Position numbers and translations under genes: made by a program. Shown in pieces: positions 1 through 11,800 of a stretch of 64,000 bases of DNA (positions are counted from its first letter, which is position 1; each line of letters begins with the position of its first letter). Under the pieces are notes generated by a model, which saw nothing but the letters and a program-made list of their open reading frames with translations, had not been told where the DNA came from and searched no databases. The stretch is from positions 42,408 through 106,407 of the forward strand of contig JBBDTI010000075.1 in the NCBI GenBank assembly GCA_040904565.1, given 5' to 3'. Origin of the DNA: Rhodothermales bacterium (lineage in GTDB: Bacteria > Bacteroidota > Rhodothermia > Rhodothermales > VXPQ01).

Positions 1-882
1 GCAGCGGTCGGACAGAGTCGTCTCATGGAGACGTGGGAGCAGCTCTTCGGACTCTACGACATCCACGTCGGACAGATGCTGATCACGCGGGCCGACGTGG
101 AGAATCGTCACCGGTTCCTCAATGCACGGGATACGCTCCAGGCACTGCTAGAGCACCGCATCATTCCCGTGATCAACGAGAACGATGCCGTTGCCACGTC
201 GGAAATCCGCGTCGGAGATAACGACAACCTCTCCGCACTGTGCGTTCTGCTGGCGGAAGCGGATCTGCTTGTCATGTTGACGGATCAGCCGGGGCTCTTT
301 ACGAAGGATCCCCGCACGAATCCGGACGCGGAGTTGATTTCCGAAGTACGCCACATCGACGACGCGCTGCACGAGGCCGCGGGAGGCAGCCGATCGGGGC
401 TGGGCGTCGGGGGAATGCGTACGAAACTGGAGGCGGCGGATGTTGCGCGACGGGCCGGGGCGGACGTGGTTATTGCGGCAGGAAGTGCACCAAACATATT
501 GCGAAGGATCGTGGCAAGGGAGCGGGTGGGTACCCGGTTTCCCGCCATCGATACGCCGCTCGAAAATCGCAAGCGATGGATCTTCGGCGGAAACGTTGCG
601 TCGGGAGTCATTACAGTTGATGCCGGCGCCGCGGAAGCGCTGGCGGTCAAGGGTGGGAGTCTGCTCCCGGCGGGCATCACCGGCGTCCGTGGATCGTTCG
701 AGCGGGGAGATGTCGTCCGAATCGTGGGAGCGGGTGGAAAGGATCTCGGTCGAGGGATTGCTCGGTACGATAGCTCGGATGCCGATCGCATCAGGGGGGT
801 GCAGTCGGAGGCGATCCATGACATACTGGGGTACGCATACGGGCCCGTGGTCGTCCATCGAGACGATCTCATTCTCATTTAG
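1..882 (+). CDS. proB: Glutamate 5-kinase, 5'-truncated by the window edge
   Basis: Frame open from base 1 ([10 protein letters not shown]...); motifs [24 protein letters not shown]; C-terminal PUA domain (GGSLLPAGI...VVHRDDL). Confidence 0.96.
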   Translation, partial: AAVGQSRLMETWEQLFGLYDIHVGQMLITRADVENRHRFLNARDTLQALLEHRIIPVINENDAVATSEIRVGDNDNLSALCVLLAEADLLVMLTDQPGLFTKDPRTNPDAELISEVRHIDDALHEAAGGSRSGLGVGGMRTKLEAADVARRAGADVVIAAGSAPNILRRIVARERVGTRFPAIDTPLENRKRWIFGGNVASGVITVDAGAAEALAVKGGSLLPAGITGVRGSFERGDVVRIVGAGGKDLGRGIARYDSSDADRIRGVQSEAIHDILGYAYGPVVVHRDDLILI

Positions 883-908
883 TCACGAAATCTCGATTGT
901 CGGATGAC

Positions 909-2246
909 ATGCCAGTAGACGAAACGACAACACAGGATACCACGCTGGAAGGGGATACGTCTCAGGGGGTAACCCCTGTGGAAACGGTATCGCTGGTGGA
1001 GATGGGGCGCCGCGCGCTCGCGGCGAGCCGGACGCTCGCTCGCCTGAGTACGGTGGAGAAGAACGAGGCGCTGGCCGTGATAGCGGACGAGCTTGAAGCA
1101 TCTGCCTCCGATATTCTACGCGAGAATTCGCTGGACGTGGACGAGGGCAGGGAAAACGGTCTCAGCGAAGCGCTGCTCGATCGCTTGCTGCTTACGGAGG
1201 AGCGAATTCAGAGCCTTGCCGCCGACGTTCGGTCGGTCATCGACCTCTCCGATCCGGTCGGGTCCGAGTTCGGAGGGCGGAAGCTGCCGAACGGCATGCA
1301 GCTGGTCAAGCGCCGGATACCTCTCGGAGTCATCGGCGTGATCTATGAGGCGCGGCCCAACGTCACCATCGACATTGCCTCGCTCTGTCTCAAGACGGGC
1401 AACGCCGTCATCCTGCGCGGCGGAAGCGAAACGTTTCGTAGCAATATCGAGCTAATCGGGGTCATTCGACGCGCGCTTCGAAGGTGCGGCATACCGGAGG
1501 ACGCCGTTCAGTATATCGAGAATCCGGATCGTGCCCTTGTCGAAGAACTGCTGCGTCTCGACGAATACGTCGACATGATCGTCCCGCGGGGAGGTGCGGG
1601 TCTGCATCGACTGTGCCGGGAGCGAAGCACCATACCGGTCATTACGGGCGGGATCGGCATCTGTCACGTGTTCGTGGATGCGTCCGCCGATCAATCCAGA
1701 GCCGTCGACATTGTCGAAAACGCCAAGGTTCAGCGCCCGAGCGTGTGCAACGCGCTGGATACGCTGCTGGTGCACGCGGACGTAGCCGCACGCTTCTTGC
1801 CTGACGTGGCTCGTCGACTGCTTGAGAGCGGCGTGGAGTTCAGAGCGGATGACCGCGCGATGGCGATCCTGAAAGGCGTCGGCGGCCTTTCGCTTGAGCC
1901 GGCGGGTGACGACGACTTCGATCGGGAATGGCTCGGGCTTACGCTGGGTGTCCGCGTCGTCGACGACGTCGATGCGGCGATCGAGCATATTCAATCCCAC
2001 TCTACGGACCATTCCGACAGCATACTGACGAACGACTGGGACCATGCCAACGAGTTCGTCGACCGGGTGAATTCGGCGGCGGTGTACGTTAATGCGAGTA
2101 CGAGATTTACGGATGGCGGTCAGTTCGGTCTTGGTGCAGAGGTCGCCGTCAGTACGCAGAAGCTTCATGCCCGCGGGCCCATGGGACTGGAAGAGCTGAC
2201 GACGTATAAATGGATCGGATATGGGAACGGACACGTGCGCGAGTGA
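909..2246 (+). CDS. proA: Gamma-glutamyl phosphate reductase
   Basis: [65 protein letters not shown]; follows proB. Start uncertain (897 TTG or 909 ATG). Confidence 0.96.
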   Translation: MPVDETTTQDTTLEGDTSQGVTPVETVSLVEMGRRALAASRTLARLSTVEKNEALAVIADELEASASDILRENSLDVDEGRENGLSEALLDRLLLTEERIQSLAADVRSVIDLSDPVGSEFGGRKLPNGMQLVKRRIPLGVIGVIYEARPNVTIDIASLCLKTGNAVILRGGSETFRSNIELIGVIRRALRRCGIPEDAVQYIENPDRALVEELLRLDEYVDMIVPRGGAGLHRLCRERSTIPVITGGIGICHVFVDASADQSRAVDIVENAKVQRPSVCNALDTLLVHADVAARFLPDVARRLLESGVEFRADDRAMAILKGVGGLSLEPAGDDDFDREWLGLTLGVRVVDDVDAAIEHIQSHSTDHSDSILTNDWDHANEFVDRVNSAAVYVNASTRFTDGGQFGLGAEVAVSTQKLHARGPMGLEELTTYKWIGYGNGHVRE

Positions 2247-3163
2247 ACGATGATGATCTTCCTCCCTCTAACGATGTAATGGGCGTGCCGGACCTGTCTT
2301 TCGACCTAACTCTCAATCCACCTGCGCGGAGCGTACGCCTCGTCGAAGAGATGTGGCGAGAGGAGTCGCACCCTGAAATCCATGAGATTGTATCCCTGCT
2401 CGAGCACGATCCTGTGACGACGTTACACCTGCTGCGGCAGGTCAACTCGCCGATCTATGCACTGAAGCAGAGCGTAGCCTCCATCGATCGAGCTGCAACC
2501 ATGCTTGGATTCGACGCCGTGGCGAATACGATCTTCGTCGAGTCGCGCATTCCTAAGCCGGACGATCTGGCCACGGCGCGCGCGCAGCTTGCGTATGCGT
2601 ATCTGATCGGTTCGAGTGTTACGGCATCGTATATCGCGAGGGATCTCGCTCATGAGTTGGACATGGAACGGCCGGGAGTCATTCGAACCGCGGCACTGAT
2701 TCACCAGGTGGGTCGCATGGCCTTGCTGTCGTCGGACCCGCAGACGTATCTACCGCTCTGGACCGAGTCGACGACGCCGTCGGGAAGGGCGATAGCCGTT
2801 CCGCCCGGGATTGGCCGGGAAATCGTTCATTTTCGGACCGATTATACGCGTTATGGTGAGGACTTGGCGAAGAACTGGCACCTTCCCCCGGATCTTTCCG
2901 AGTCCATTCGCTACCATGCGGATCCGGAACGAACGGAGGACGCCGACCGCCACGTGGTCCTGGTCGTAGCGGTGTCGCAATATGCGGCACGCACGATGTT
3001 CGAGCCGGAGGAGCACCTCGATCGGGATCAATCGCGCGAACGTCTCCGAAAGGTAGCCAACGAGCTCGCGGAGGCCTATGAAGTGAGCAACAAGGCTATA
3101 GAAAACGTTCTGGAACAGTCCAAGAAGGAAGCCTATCAGGAAGCGATCGCCATGAAACTCTGA
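2243..3163 (+). CDS. HDOD-domain signal transduction protein
   Basis: [53 protein letters not shown]; GTG start overlaps proA stop (GTGA). Confidence 0.8.
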   Translation: MNDDDLPPSNDVMGVPDLSFDLTLNPPARSVRLVEEMWREESHPEIHEIVSLLEHDPVTTLHLLRQVNSPIYALKQSVASIDRAATMLGFDAVANTIFVESRIPKPDDLATARAQLAYAYLIGSSVTASYIARDLAHELDMERPGVIRTAALIHQVGRMALLSSDPQTYLPLWTESTTPSGRAIAVPPGIGREIVHFRTDYTRYGEDLAKNWHLPPDLSESIRYHADPERTEDADRHVVLVVAVSQYAARTMFEPEEHLDRDQSRERLRKVANELAEAYEVSNKAIENVLEQSKKEAYQEAIAMKL

Positions 3164-3297
3164 TCCATCCTACGAAGCACGAGAGAGCCTGGTTCGGGAA
3201 CCGGGTTCGTTGTACTTTGCAGGAGAGTGAGCCGGCCGATCTTCGTTTATGCAATAGCGCAATTCAGCTAACCATGCGTGTAGATAAGATGGTAGAT

Positions 3298-4113
3298 ATG
3301 GTAGAAAATAACACGAGCGTCCATTTCCCTCGGTTGATCGTTGCCGCGGTTTTGACGGTTGCTCTGTCCGTCGCTACCATCGGTTGCGAGTCCGACACCT
3401 CGGCGACGCAGGACGCGCCCAATGAGTCGAACGTGCTGAGCCAGGAAGAGCGTGATGCAGGGTGGGAGCTCCTCTTCGACGGTGAATCGTTTTCCGGGTG
3501 GCGAGGACTGGGGCGCGACGAGATCCCCGAGGGCCACTGGCAGATCGAGAACGGAACGATCCGGAAGGTTGCCGGCGGAGATGTGCCGACGGCGGCCGAC
3601 GGTCAACCCCTCGAAGGAGGTGACATATTGACCGAGGCGACGTTTGAAGACTTCGAGCTCGCCCTGGAGTGGCGCGTGAGTGAGGTGGCTAACAGTGGCG
3701 TCAAATATAACGTCTCCGAGGCCATGTCGACGTCATCCGAGCCGCAGCATGCGGCACTCGGCTTTGAATATCAGATTCTGGACGACGATCGGCATCCGGA
3801 TGCGCTGAACGGTCCAACCCGGACGGCCGGGGCGCTTTACGACATGATCCCGCCAAACGAAAATAAGGCACTGCAGCCCGTAGGCGAGTGGAACGAGGCG
3901 CGAATCGTGTTCGACGGATCCCGCGGCGAGCACTGGCTCAACGGAGAGCTCGTGCTCGAATACGATCTCGACTCGGAGCGATTCGCCAGCCTCCTTCAGG
4001 CAAGCAAGTACGCCGATATCGAAGGGTTTGCCGATCGGCGTACCGGTCACATCGTACTGCAGGATCACGGGGACGACGTCTGGTTTCGGGATATCAAAAT
4101 CCGGCGGTTGTGA
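3298..4113 (+). CDS. DUF1080 / 3-keto-disaccharide hydrolase family lipoprotein
   Basis: GWELLFDG, FEDFELALEWR, NSGVKY, EYQILDD, GEWN, GHIVLQDHG..VWFRDIKI; lipobox TIGC. Start could be 3274, 3289 or 3298. Confidence 0.88.
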   Translation: MVENNTSVHFPRLIVAAVLTVALSVATIGCESDTSATQDAPNESNVLSQEERDAGWELLFDGESFSGWRGLGRDEIPEGHWQIENGTIRKVAGGDVPTAADGQPLEGGDILTEATFEDFELALEWRVSEVANSGVKYNVSEAMSTSSEPQHAALGFEYQILDDDRHPDALNGPTRTAGALYDMIPPNENKALQPVGEWNEARIVFDGSRGEHWLNGELVLEYDLDSERFASLLQASKYADIEGFADRRTGHIVLQDHGDDVWFRDIKIRRL

Positions 4114-4123
4114 GCTGTACGCC

Positions 4124-4459
4124 ATGCCGGACTCAACCCATACAGGAGCTGCCGGGCATCTAACGAGCGAGCAGCTCCTATTCCTGAGCGCGTGGAGGCC
4201 TGTCGAGACGGATACGAGCCCTAGCGAAGGGGATCGGTGGACGTGCTTGAACTGCAGCGGCGACGTCGCCTATTTCCGTACGCTGGCACGGTTGGAAGGG
4301 GAGAAGGGGCAATACATGGTCCAGTGTCCTCTATGTGACCATCTTCAGGTCGTTCGACTGACGCCGGAGGAAGAACGTACCATATCCGTCGAATATGGCG
4401 GTCCGCACATCGATCGCTTTCTGACATTTCTGGATCGAAGAAATGCGGGCCACGATTGA
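4124..4459 (+). CDS. Hypothetical small protein with two CxxC pairs (zinc-ribbon-like)
   Basis: ATG 11 nt after the previous stop; WTCLNCSG...VQCPLCDH. Confidence 0.6.
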   Translation: MPDSTHTGAAGHLTSEQLLFLSAWRPVETDTSPSEGDRWTCLNCSGDVAYFRTLARLEGEKGQYMVQCPLCDHLQVVRLTPEEERTISVEYGGPHIDRFLTFLDRRNAGHD

Positions 4460-4607
4460 GTCGGTCGTGTGGAACGAGTCGGCTGGACCAATTGGGTCGT
4501 GCGGAACGTGCCGGGCGGCGGCTGGACGAAAGCGGCTGATTTAAGATGGCAGGGGGAGAAACCGATACTTTCGGCAAGACGCGCGTACCCCAACCCCGGC
4601 TTCTTAG

Positions 4608-4997
4608 ATGATGAAGGTCCTGATCGCTGAAGACAACGTTATCATGGCCTCCGCACTGAAGCGAATGCTTCAGCATATGGGATTCCATTACGTGCGTGAA
4701 GCAAATGACGGGGCGGAGGCTCTCAGCCTCCTCGCGCAGGAAAGCTACGATCTCGTCGTGGTGGACTGGATGCTGCCTTCGCTAAGCGGCGTCGCCATCG
4801 TTAAATGGATGCGCTCCAAGCGGCCGTACGCCACCTGCCCGGTGATTATGGTCACCATCAAGGATCAGCCCGAGGACGTGCTCCTCGCCGTGGAGTCCGG
4901 CGTCGACGAATACATGATCAAGCCCCTCGATAAGCACATCCTTCACGGAAAGGTCCAGAAGGTCATGAAGCAGCGTGCCGGCTTCGGTGCGGTTTGA
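4608..4997 (+). CDS. Single-domain (CheY-like) response regulator
   Basis: KVLIAEDN, VVDWMLP (phospho-Asp), IMVT, YMIKP. Confidence 0.9.
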   Translation: MMKVLIAEDNVIMASALKRMLQHMGFHYVREANDGAEALSLLAQESYDLVVVDWMLPSLSGVAIVKWMRSKRPYATCPVIMVTIKDQPEDVLLAVESGVDEYMIKPLDKHILHGKVQKVMKQRAGFGAV

Positions 4998-5006
4998 CGT
5001 AACGTC

Positions 5007-5435
5007 TCAGCCGGCTTGCAGCGTGGCATCTACGCTGATTTCCGCGCTTTTCTTGAAGAGCTGCGATACGGGACACGCATTCTTTGCGGCCTCTGCCGTT
5101 TTCTGAAAGGTATCCTCGTCGATTCCCGGTACGTCGGCGACGGTGACCAGACGAATTTCATTGATGGATGGGCCGTCGTCCGTCATGTTCAGATGGACGT
5201 GAGCCGTCGTATTCACGCTGTTGGGCGTATGTCCTGCTTTGGCCAATTCATTAGAAAACGCCATGGAGAAACATCCGGCATGTGCGGCCGCGAGCAACTC
5301 TTCAGGATTCGTCCCATCTCCTTCTTCGAATCGGGACACGAAGGAATAAGGCCCTTCCCAGCCGGCCATCTTCATGGTTCCCTTCCCACTTTTCAGGTCT
5401 CCTTTCCAACGTGCTTCCGCTTTACGAACAGGCAT
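5007..5435 (-). CDS. osmC: OsmC family peroxiredoxin
   Basis: RKAEARWKGDLKSGKG, TNPEELLAAAHAGCFSMA, AKNACPVS. Confidence 0.93.
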   Translation of the reverse strand: MPVRKAEARWKGDLKSGKGTMKMAGWEGPYSFVSRFEEGDGTNPEELLAAAHAGCFSMAFSNELAKAGHTPNSVNTTAHVHLNMTDDGPSINEIRLVTVADVPGIDEDTFQKTAEAAKNACPVSQLFKKSAEISVDATLQAG

Positions 5436-5727
5436 AATGGTATCGATCTCTTCTGGTTGGTGGAACTGGCTTAGGCGTGCACGGTGAGGCGACAATGGAT
5501 TCGGTCTCACCTGCTCCGTCCATTTTAGGGCATCTGTGGAAAACAAATGTTGTCGTCACGTGATTTCTACACTCTTCCTGCCCGATGATTGCCGTCGAAT
5601 GAGTCGGTGCGTCGTATTCGACGGAACTCCATCGGAGATTCATGCGAGGCATCGCCTAATGGAACGATTAGGTGGTCTCACGTCGTATAAGGATAACTGA
5701 TAATGCAACCAGAACGGACGCGAATAC

Positions 5728-6141
5728 GTGGCTACGAAGAGTTCACTTTCGATACCCGTCGAAGAAATGTCGCTCGATGCCCTTTCCGAGCGCGTTCAGA
5801 TCTCTAAACAGACGCTCGTACGCTGGGTTGATCGACATCTGATCGACGCCAAGCTTGGATGGGCTCTTTCATCGGACAATAATGAGATTCGCGTGATCGA
5901 GCTGTCGGAAGACACGCTCGACTTTCTTGCGTCGTTTGCTGAGGACTATCGAGAAGATACGGTCACGCGGACGGAGGCGAGGCGTATTCTCAAGAAGATC
6001 GATCGCAAGAAGATTAAGAAGATGATTCGCGCGGACGACATCCTCGCCGTGGAGGTAGATGACGAGGTGAAGATCGTCGTCGGCAGTATTGAAGACTATC
6101 TCATCGATCAGGAAAGGGACGAGGAAGAGGAAGAAGAATAG
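5728..6141 (+). CDS. Hypothetical protein, possible HTH DNA-binding
   Basis: GTG start; SLDALSERVQISKQTLVRWV resembles a MerR/excisionase-type HTH; acidic C-terminal tail. Confidence 0.6.
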   Translation: MATKSSLSIPVEEMSLDALSERVQISKQTLVRWVDRHLIDAKLGWALSSDNNEIRVIELSEDTLDFLASFAEDYREDTVTRTEARRILKKIDRKKIKKMIRADDILAVEVDDEVKIVVGSIEDYLIDQERDEEEEEE

Positions 6142-6290
6142 GCGTTCTTCGGCAACCACATCAAAGCGGGGAAGCCGGGTCTGCGTTTATTTTATATCGC
6201 CTCGTCGCCCGTTCCGGCCGCATCTCTCGGGCACGGCATCCGTTCATGCATCCCCTGGGCACCCTTCACATCATGTTACGTGAGTAAGCT

Positions 6291-8087
6291 ATGTCGAACG
6301 AGCACTCCGGTGCGCAAGCCGTCCGTTGGAATCTAACCGATCTGTATGCCTCGAATGAGGCGCTCGAGGCGGATCTCGCGACGGCGCACGAAGCGGCCGG
6401 TGAGTTCGCAGCGAGATATCGAGGAAATGTAGGTGCCCTTCCGCCCGACGAGCTGGCTGATGCGTTACGCCGTTTCGAGGAGATTCAGGATCGGCTCGGG
6501 CGGGCGTATACCTACGCATACCTCTACTGGTCGACGGATACGAACGACGAAGCGCGCGGGGCCCTTCTTCAGCATGTACGGGAGTCGTATACCAGGACGA
6601 GCCAGCAGCTCATCTTCTTTGAAGTCGAATGGGCAAAGCTCGACGACGATCGAGCATCGGATCTGCTCGCTGCCGACGCGCTGTCGCACTACCGCCACTA
6701 CCTTGAGCTCGAGCGGGTGCGAAAGGACCATCTATTGTCGGAACCGGAAGAACGCGTGCTCTCCGAAAAGTCCGTTACGGGGCGCAGCGCCTGGAATAGA
6801 TTCTTCGACGAGACGCTGGGAGCAGCCCGGTTTTATGTGGATGGGGAGGAGCTGACGGAGCAGGAGACGCTTTCAAGACTTCACGATCCGGGTCGCGAGA
6901 CGAGGCGCAAAGCCGCGCTGGCGCTGACGGACGGGCTGCAGTCGCACAGCCGGCCCCTCACATATATTTTTAACACGATCCTGGCCGACAAAGCCTCCGA
7001 CGATCGACTGCGCGGATATCCCTCGTGGTTGTCGTCGCGAAACATGTCAAATGAGGTAGTGGATGAGACGGTCGAAGCGCTCGTGGACGCCGTTACCTCC
7101 CGCTACGACATCGTGGCTCGCTACTACCGGCTGAAGCGGAACCTGCTTGGGTACGACGAGCTATTCGACTACGACCGTTACGCTCCACTGGGTGACGCGG
7201 ACACGCGGTATACGTGGGATGAGGCACGTGAGATCGTCACGGACGCTTATGCATCGTTCCATCCCCGGATGGCAGAGATCACGAGACTCTTTTTCGAGGA
7301 GCGCTGGATCGATGCGCCGGTACAGCCGGGAAAGCGGGGAGGGGCGTTCAGTCACGGTGCCGTGCCGAGTGCCCATCCGTACATCCTGCTCAATTATACG
7401 GGCAAACCGCGCGACGTCCAGACGCTGGCGCACGAGCTCGGCCATGGCGTCCACCAATATCTGTCGCGAAAGCAGGGTGTGCTGCAAGCCGACACGCCGC
7501 TCACAACGGCCGAGATGGCGTCCGTGTTCGGCGAGATGATCGTCTTCCAGCGATTGATTCGTCGTGAAGAGAGTGCGACCAATCGGCTCGCCATGCTGAT
7601 CGGCAAAATCGACGATACGATCGCGACCGTATTCCGGCAGATCGCCATGAATCGGTTCGAGGATCGGATACATACGACGCGGCGCCAAGCGGGCGAGCTG
7701 ACGGCGAAACAGTATGCCGAGCACTGGATGCACACGCAGCGTGACATGTTCGGAGGGAGTGTCACGCTCGGGGAGCATTACAGGCATTGGTGGAGCTACA
7801 TCCCGCACTTCCTCCACAGTCCGGGTTACGTATACGCCTACGCTTTTGGGGAACTGCTCGTGCTGGCGATGTACACGCGATATAAGGATAATCCGTCTTC
7901 GTTTCCCGCGGCCTATCTCGATCTGCTGGAGGCGGGAGGATCGGACTGGCCTCACGTGCTCGTCGGTAAGGTCGGCGTGGATATGCAGGACCCGGACTTC
8001 TGGGCCAGGGGACTCGTGGCGATAGAAGACCTCGTCGACGAGGCGGAAACACTGGCGGAGCAGGTCCAGGATGCCCGTCGCGAATAG
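6291..8087 (+). CDS. pepF: M3 family oligoendopeptidase F
   Basis: RWNLTDLY, GKRGGAFS, HPYILLNY, TLAHELGHGVH, AEMASVFGE, YVYAYAFG. Confidence 0.93.
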   Translation: MSNEHSGAQAVRWNLTDLYASNEALEADLATAHEAAGEFAARYRGNVGALPPDELADALRRFEEIQDRLGRAYTYAYLYWSTDTNDEARGALLQHVRESYTRTSQQLIFFEVEWAKLDDDRASDLLAADALSHYRHYLELERVRKDHLLSEPEERVLSEKSVTGRSAWNRFFDETLGAARFYVDGEELTEQETLSRLHDPGRETRRKAALALTDGLQSHSRPLTYIFNTILADKASDDRLRGYPSWLSSRNMSNEVVDETVEALVDAVTSRYDIVARYYRLKRNLLGYDELFDYDRYAPLGDADTRYTWDEAREIVTDAYASFHPRMAEITRLFFEERWIDAPVQPGKRGGAFSHGAVPSAHPYILLNYTGKPRDVQTLAHELGHGVHQYLSRKQGVLQADTPLTTAEMASVFGEMIVFQRLIRREESATNRLAMLIGKIDDTIATVFRQIAMNRFEDRIHTTRRQAGELTAKQYAEHWMHTQRDMFGGSVTLGEHYRHWWSYIPHFLHSPGYVYAYAFGELLVLAMYTRYKDNPSSFPAAYLDLLEAGGSDWPHVLVGKVGVDMQDPDFWARGLVAIEDLVDEAETLAEQVQDARRE

Positions 8088-8121
8088 CGGATAGGCGTTT
8101 CCGACTGGCTTGCCGGCACCT

Positions 8122-8820
8122 CTATTCGTCGACGTCACTCGGATCGATATCCATTACGCCGTGGCGCCAGGCCCATGTGACGAGAGCGGGGCGCCATTTT
8201 TCTTCGGTAAGGGCTCGAAGCTTGTCCACGTGGTTCCGCACCGTATGTTCGGATCGATCGAGCTCTTTGGCGATTTCCTTGTTGTTCAGGCCTCTGGCCA
8301 CGTAATGGAGGACCTCGAGAAGCGTGCTGTTGATTCCCAGGTCGATGAGTTCACGGCGCATACGCTCCTCGCGCGACGCTTCTTCTCGCTGCTGTCTTTT
8401 CTCATCGACGATGTCTACAGCGACGCGCGGGCTTACGTAGACACCACCCTCTGCGACGGTCCGTATGGCGGTGACGATATCTTCCAGCGATTCGTCCTTC
8501 GTCATGTATCCCGCGGCACCGGATTCGAGCAGGGCGAAGACATATTCCGGATCACGGAAACCGCTCAGCGGAAGAATCAGCACGTCGATCTTCTCGTTTT
8601 CTAGTTGGTGGGCTACCTCGACGCCCGTCATGTCGGGCATTTCCATGTCCAACAGCAACACGCAGGGGCGCTTCTCGCGTGCGAGCTTGATCGCCTCGGA
8701 TCCGCTTCCGGCCTCACCAACCACCTCAATATCCGGTTCTCGATCCAGCTCCGTGCGAACGCCGGCTCGAAAGCCCGGGTGGTCATCGGCCAGAACGATT
8801 CGAATCGTAGAATTTTCCAT
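8122..8820 (-). CDS. NarL/LuxR family response regulator
   Basis: IVLADDHP, LLLDMEMP, GAAGYMTK; C-terminal GLNNKEIAKELDRSEHTVRNHV HTH. Confidence 0.92.
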   Translation of the reverse strand: MENSTIRIVLADDHPGFRAGVRTELDREPDIEVVGEAGSGSEAIKLAREKRPCVLLLDMEMPDMTGVEVAHQLENEKIDVLILPLSGFRDPEYVFALLESGAAGYMTKDESLEDIVTAIRTVAEGGVYVSPRVAVDIVDEKRQQREEASREERMRRELIDLGINSTLLEVLHYVARGLNNKEIAKELDRSEHTVRNHVDKLRALTEEKWRPALVTWAWRHGVMDIDPSDVDE

Positions 8821-8879
8821 ACGGTCCCGTTAGCTGCCGTCTTGTTACGTGCCGCGCTGTCGCATTGGGTGCTGTTGGA

Positions 8880-11800
8880 TCACGCGTCCTGGTGTACCGG
8901 GCGTGGGGCCAGCACACGCACCGTAGTGCCGTCGCCCGGAGTGGATTCGAGGGTGAGGTTGGCTTCAATCGCCTCCGCCCATTCGGAGATGCCCAGCAGT
9001 CCGAAATGCTGACTTCGTGCCAGCGTCAACAGGCTCTTAGGAACGTTGAATCCGCGCCCGTCATCGGTGATTTCAAGGAGCACGCCGGAATCATCCAGCT
9101 CGAAGCGCACGAGCACGTTAGATGCGTCGGCGTGCCGGATGACATTCGTGATTGCACTTTGATATATACGAAACAGGGAATGACGGAGATGCTCGTTCAG
9201 CTCCTGTCTGTCAGGCGCGAGATCAAGCGTAGCGTTCATGTTCGGCTGCGACCTCATGATCGTCCGCATATGAGCACGGATGGCTTTCTCCAGGCCGAAT
9301 GGACCGAGAGAAGGCGGGCGAAGTTCGCCGCAGAGGATGCGCAGGTCTTCGGCCGTCTGCTGGACGACGCCATGGAGGTCTTCGAGCATCTTCTCGCGTT
9401 CAGAGTCGGCCGGGTCGCGAGCCAGGACCTCGATCTTGTGCCGAATCGAATAGAGATTCTGGAGCGGGCTGTCGTGCAGCTCGCGAGCGAGATAATGCCG
9501 TTCTCGTTCTCGACCTTCCGTGAGAAGTCGTAGTGTTTCTGACTTTACGCGCTGCTCGCGATTATATCGGTACATGGCAACGGATCCTCCGACGAGTCCG
9601 ATCGCCAGAATGGCCGAAACCCGGAACCAGAGCGTCTGCCACCACGGCGGGATGATGCGCAGCCGGAGCCATACCGTGTTCCACGCGCCCTGGCTGTTTG
9701 CCGCGCGCACGCGGAAGATATACTCATCCTGCCGCGGTCTGAAGTTCGCGTAAGAAGCCCTTCCCAGGGATCCCGACATGTGCTGCCAGCCCGCGTCGTA
9801 GCCCTCCAGCCTGTACTGATACTGATGCATCGACGGATTCGTGAAGTCGAGGACGGCAAATTCGAGCGTGAAGAACCGGTCTGAGTACGAGAGGGATACG
9901 GTCTGCTCGGACGGGATTTCCCAATCGACGACCTCATCCATTTTCTTAAGCGTCGTGAATACGACGGGCGGCTGCCGGTCCTGATCGTATTCCGGCAGTG
10001 GAGGGCGGAAGTGACTGAAGCCGTTGCGGCCGCCGATGACGATCGAGCCGGTATGCGTAAGGAGGAGGGCGCCGGAACTGTACTGATTCGGACTCAGTCC
10101 GTTGCGATCGTTGAAATGGCGCACCGTTGCCGTTTCCGGATCGAAATAAGTGAGTCGATTAGCAGCTGTGATCCAGAGGGCGCCATTTCCGTCGCCCGTA
10201 ATGGAGAAATACGGTTCCGGTGTGAAGCCCTCGTCGATTGTGTAGCGGGTCACCTGTTCACTGGCCGGATCGAATCGATTCAGGCCACCGTAGGTGCCGA
10301 GCCAGAGGATGCCGTCCGCGTCCTCGTAGATCGAAGCGATCCGGTCGTGGCTCAGGGAGGCGTCGTTCCGGGGAGCGTGTCGGTACGTCGTAAACGTTTC
10401 CGTTGCCCTGTCGAACCGGTTGAGTCCACCACCGACCGTGCCGATCCACAGCGTCCCTTTGCGGTCCTCATAAATGACCTGGACGCTGTTGTCGCTCAGC
10501 GTCGTCGGATCGTACGGGTCGTTCCGATATCTCGTGAACGTTCCTTTGACGGGATCGAGCCTGCTGAGCCCGCCCCCATCCGTTGCAGCCCAGACGTAAC
10601 CAGACGCTGCGACGTGAACGTCCAGTATCGCATTGGAGCCGATCGAGGACGGATCATCAGGTGCATAGCCGTAGTGGGTCGTTCGGCCCGTCGCGTGATC
10701 GTAGGAGAAGAGACCGTCACCGTTCGTACCTATCCAGAGGTTGCCGCCGAGGTCTTCGTCGATCCCCGTGACGACGCTGTTGTGGAACCACGCGGCCGAA
10801 TTCGGTGCTTCGATACGGCGAAACGTTTCCGTCCGGAGGTCAAAGCAATCGATGCCACCTCCATCCGTACCGATCCAGAGCACATTCGGCTGGTTCGCAC
10901 CGCGGTGCAGCGCGAGCACGTCGTCGTTAGAGAGAGAGTTGGGATCACCTTCCACGTGGGTATAATGTTGATGGCGTTCCTGCGCGAGGTTGTAGATGGA
11001 AAGGCCGCGGCTGCTGCCTACCCATAGATTGCCGGCTCTATCCTCGTACAGTTCGGTGACGATATTGCTTGCGATGCTGGAAGGATCGCTCTCGTCATAC
11101 ATGAATCGTCGGAATTGCCGGGTGGCTCGGTCGTAGCGTGCGAGTCCACCATCGTAGGTTCCGACCCACAGAACGCCTCGAGAATCCTGTAGAATGCTCC
11201 AGACCTTGTTGTCGCCGATCGTGCCGGGATCATCCGGGGCGTGGGTGAAGGCTTCGAAGGACGTCATGGATGCATCGAGGCGGTTGAGTCCACCTCCGGA
11301 GATACCGATCCATACGTCGCCGAACTGATCGGATTCGATGGCGCGAATCCGGTTACCCGTCAGATGCGGCGTGTCGACCTGGTCTGCCGTGAACCGTGTG
11401 ACGGTACGCGATACGGGATCGAGTCGATTTAGTCCGCCGTCCCAGGTGCCCACCAGCAGGTTTCCCTCAGCATCCTCCCCGAGGCACCAGATCTTATCGT
11501 GGCTGAGGCTTCGCGGATTGCCGGGTTCGTGGCGGAAATGTTCGAAGCGGCCGCTCTCCCTATCGAGGCGTGCGAGCCCCTCTAAGGTTCCGATCCAGAT
11601 CCTGCCGGATGCATCTTCGTGGAGCGACGTTACGACGGCGCTGTTCAGCCCGTCAGGCCGATTGCACGGCTCGACGCCGCAGTCGTAGACCGGATAGCGG
11701 ATGAACGCGTTCCGTTCTCGATCGAAGCGATTGAGTCCACCCCAGCGCGTGGCAATCCAGATGTTGCCCTCCTCGTCTTCAAGCAGGTCCTCGACACGAC

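Noticed and set aside
5535-5543. DnaA-box-like TGTGGAAAA
   Set aside because: Single copy with no cluster; expected by chance
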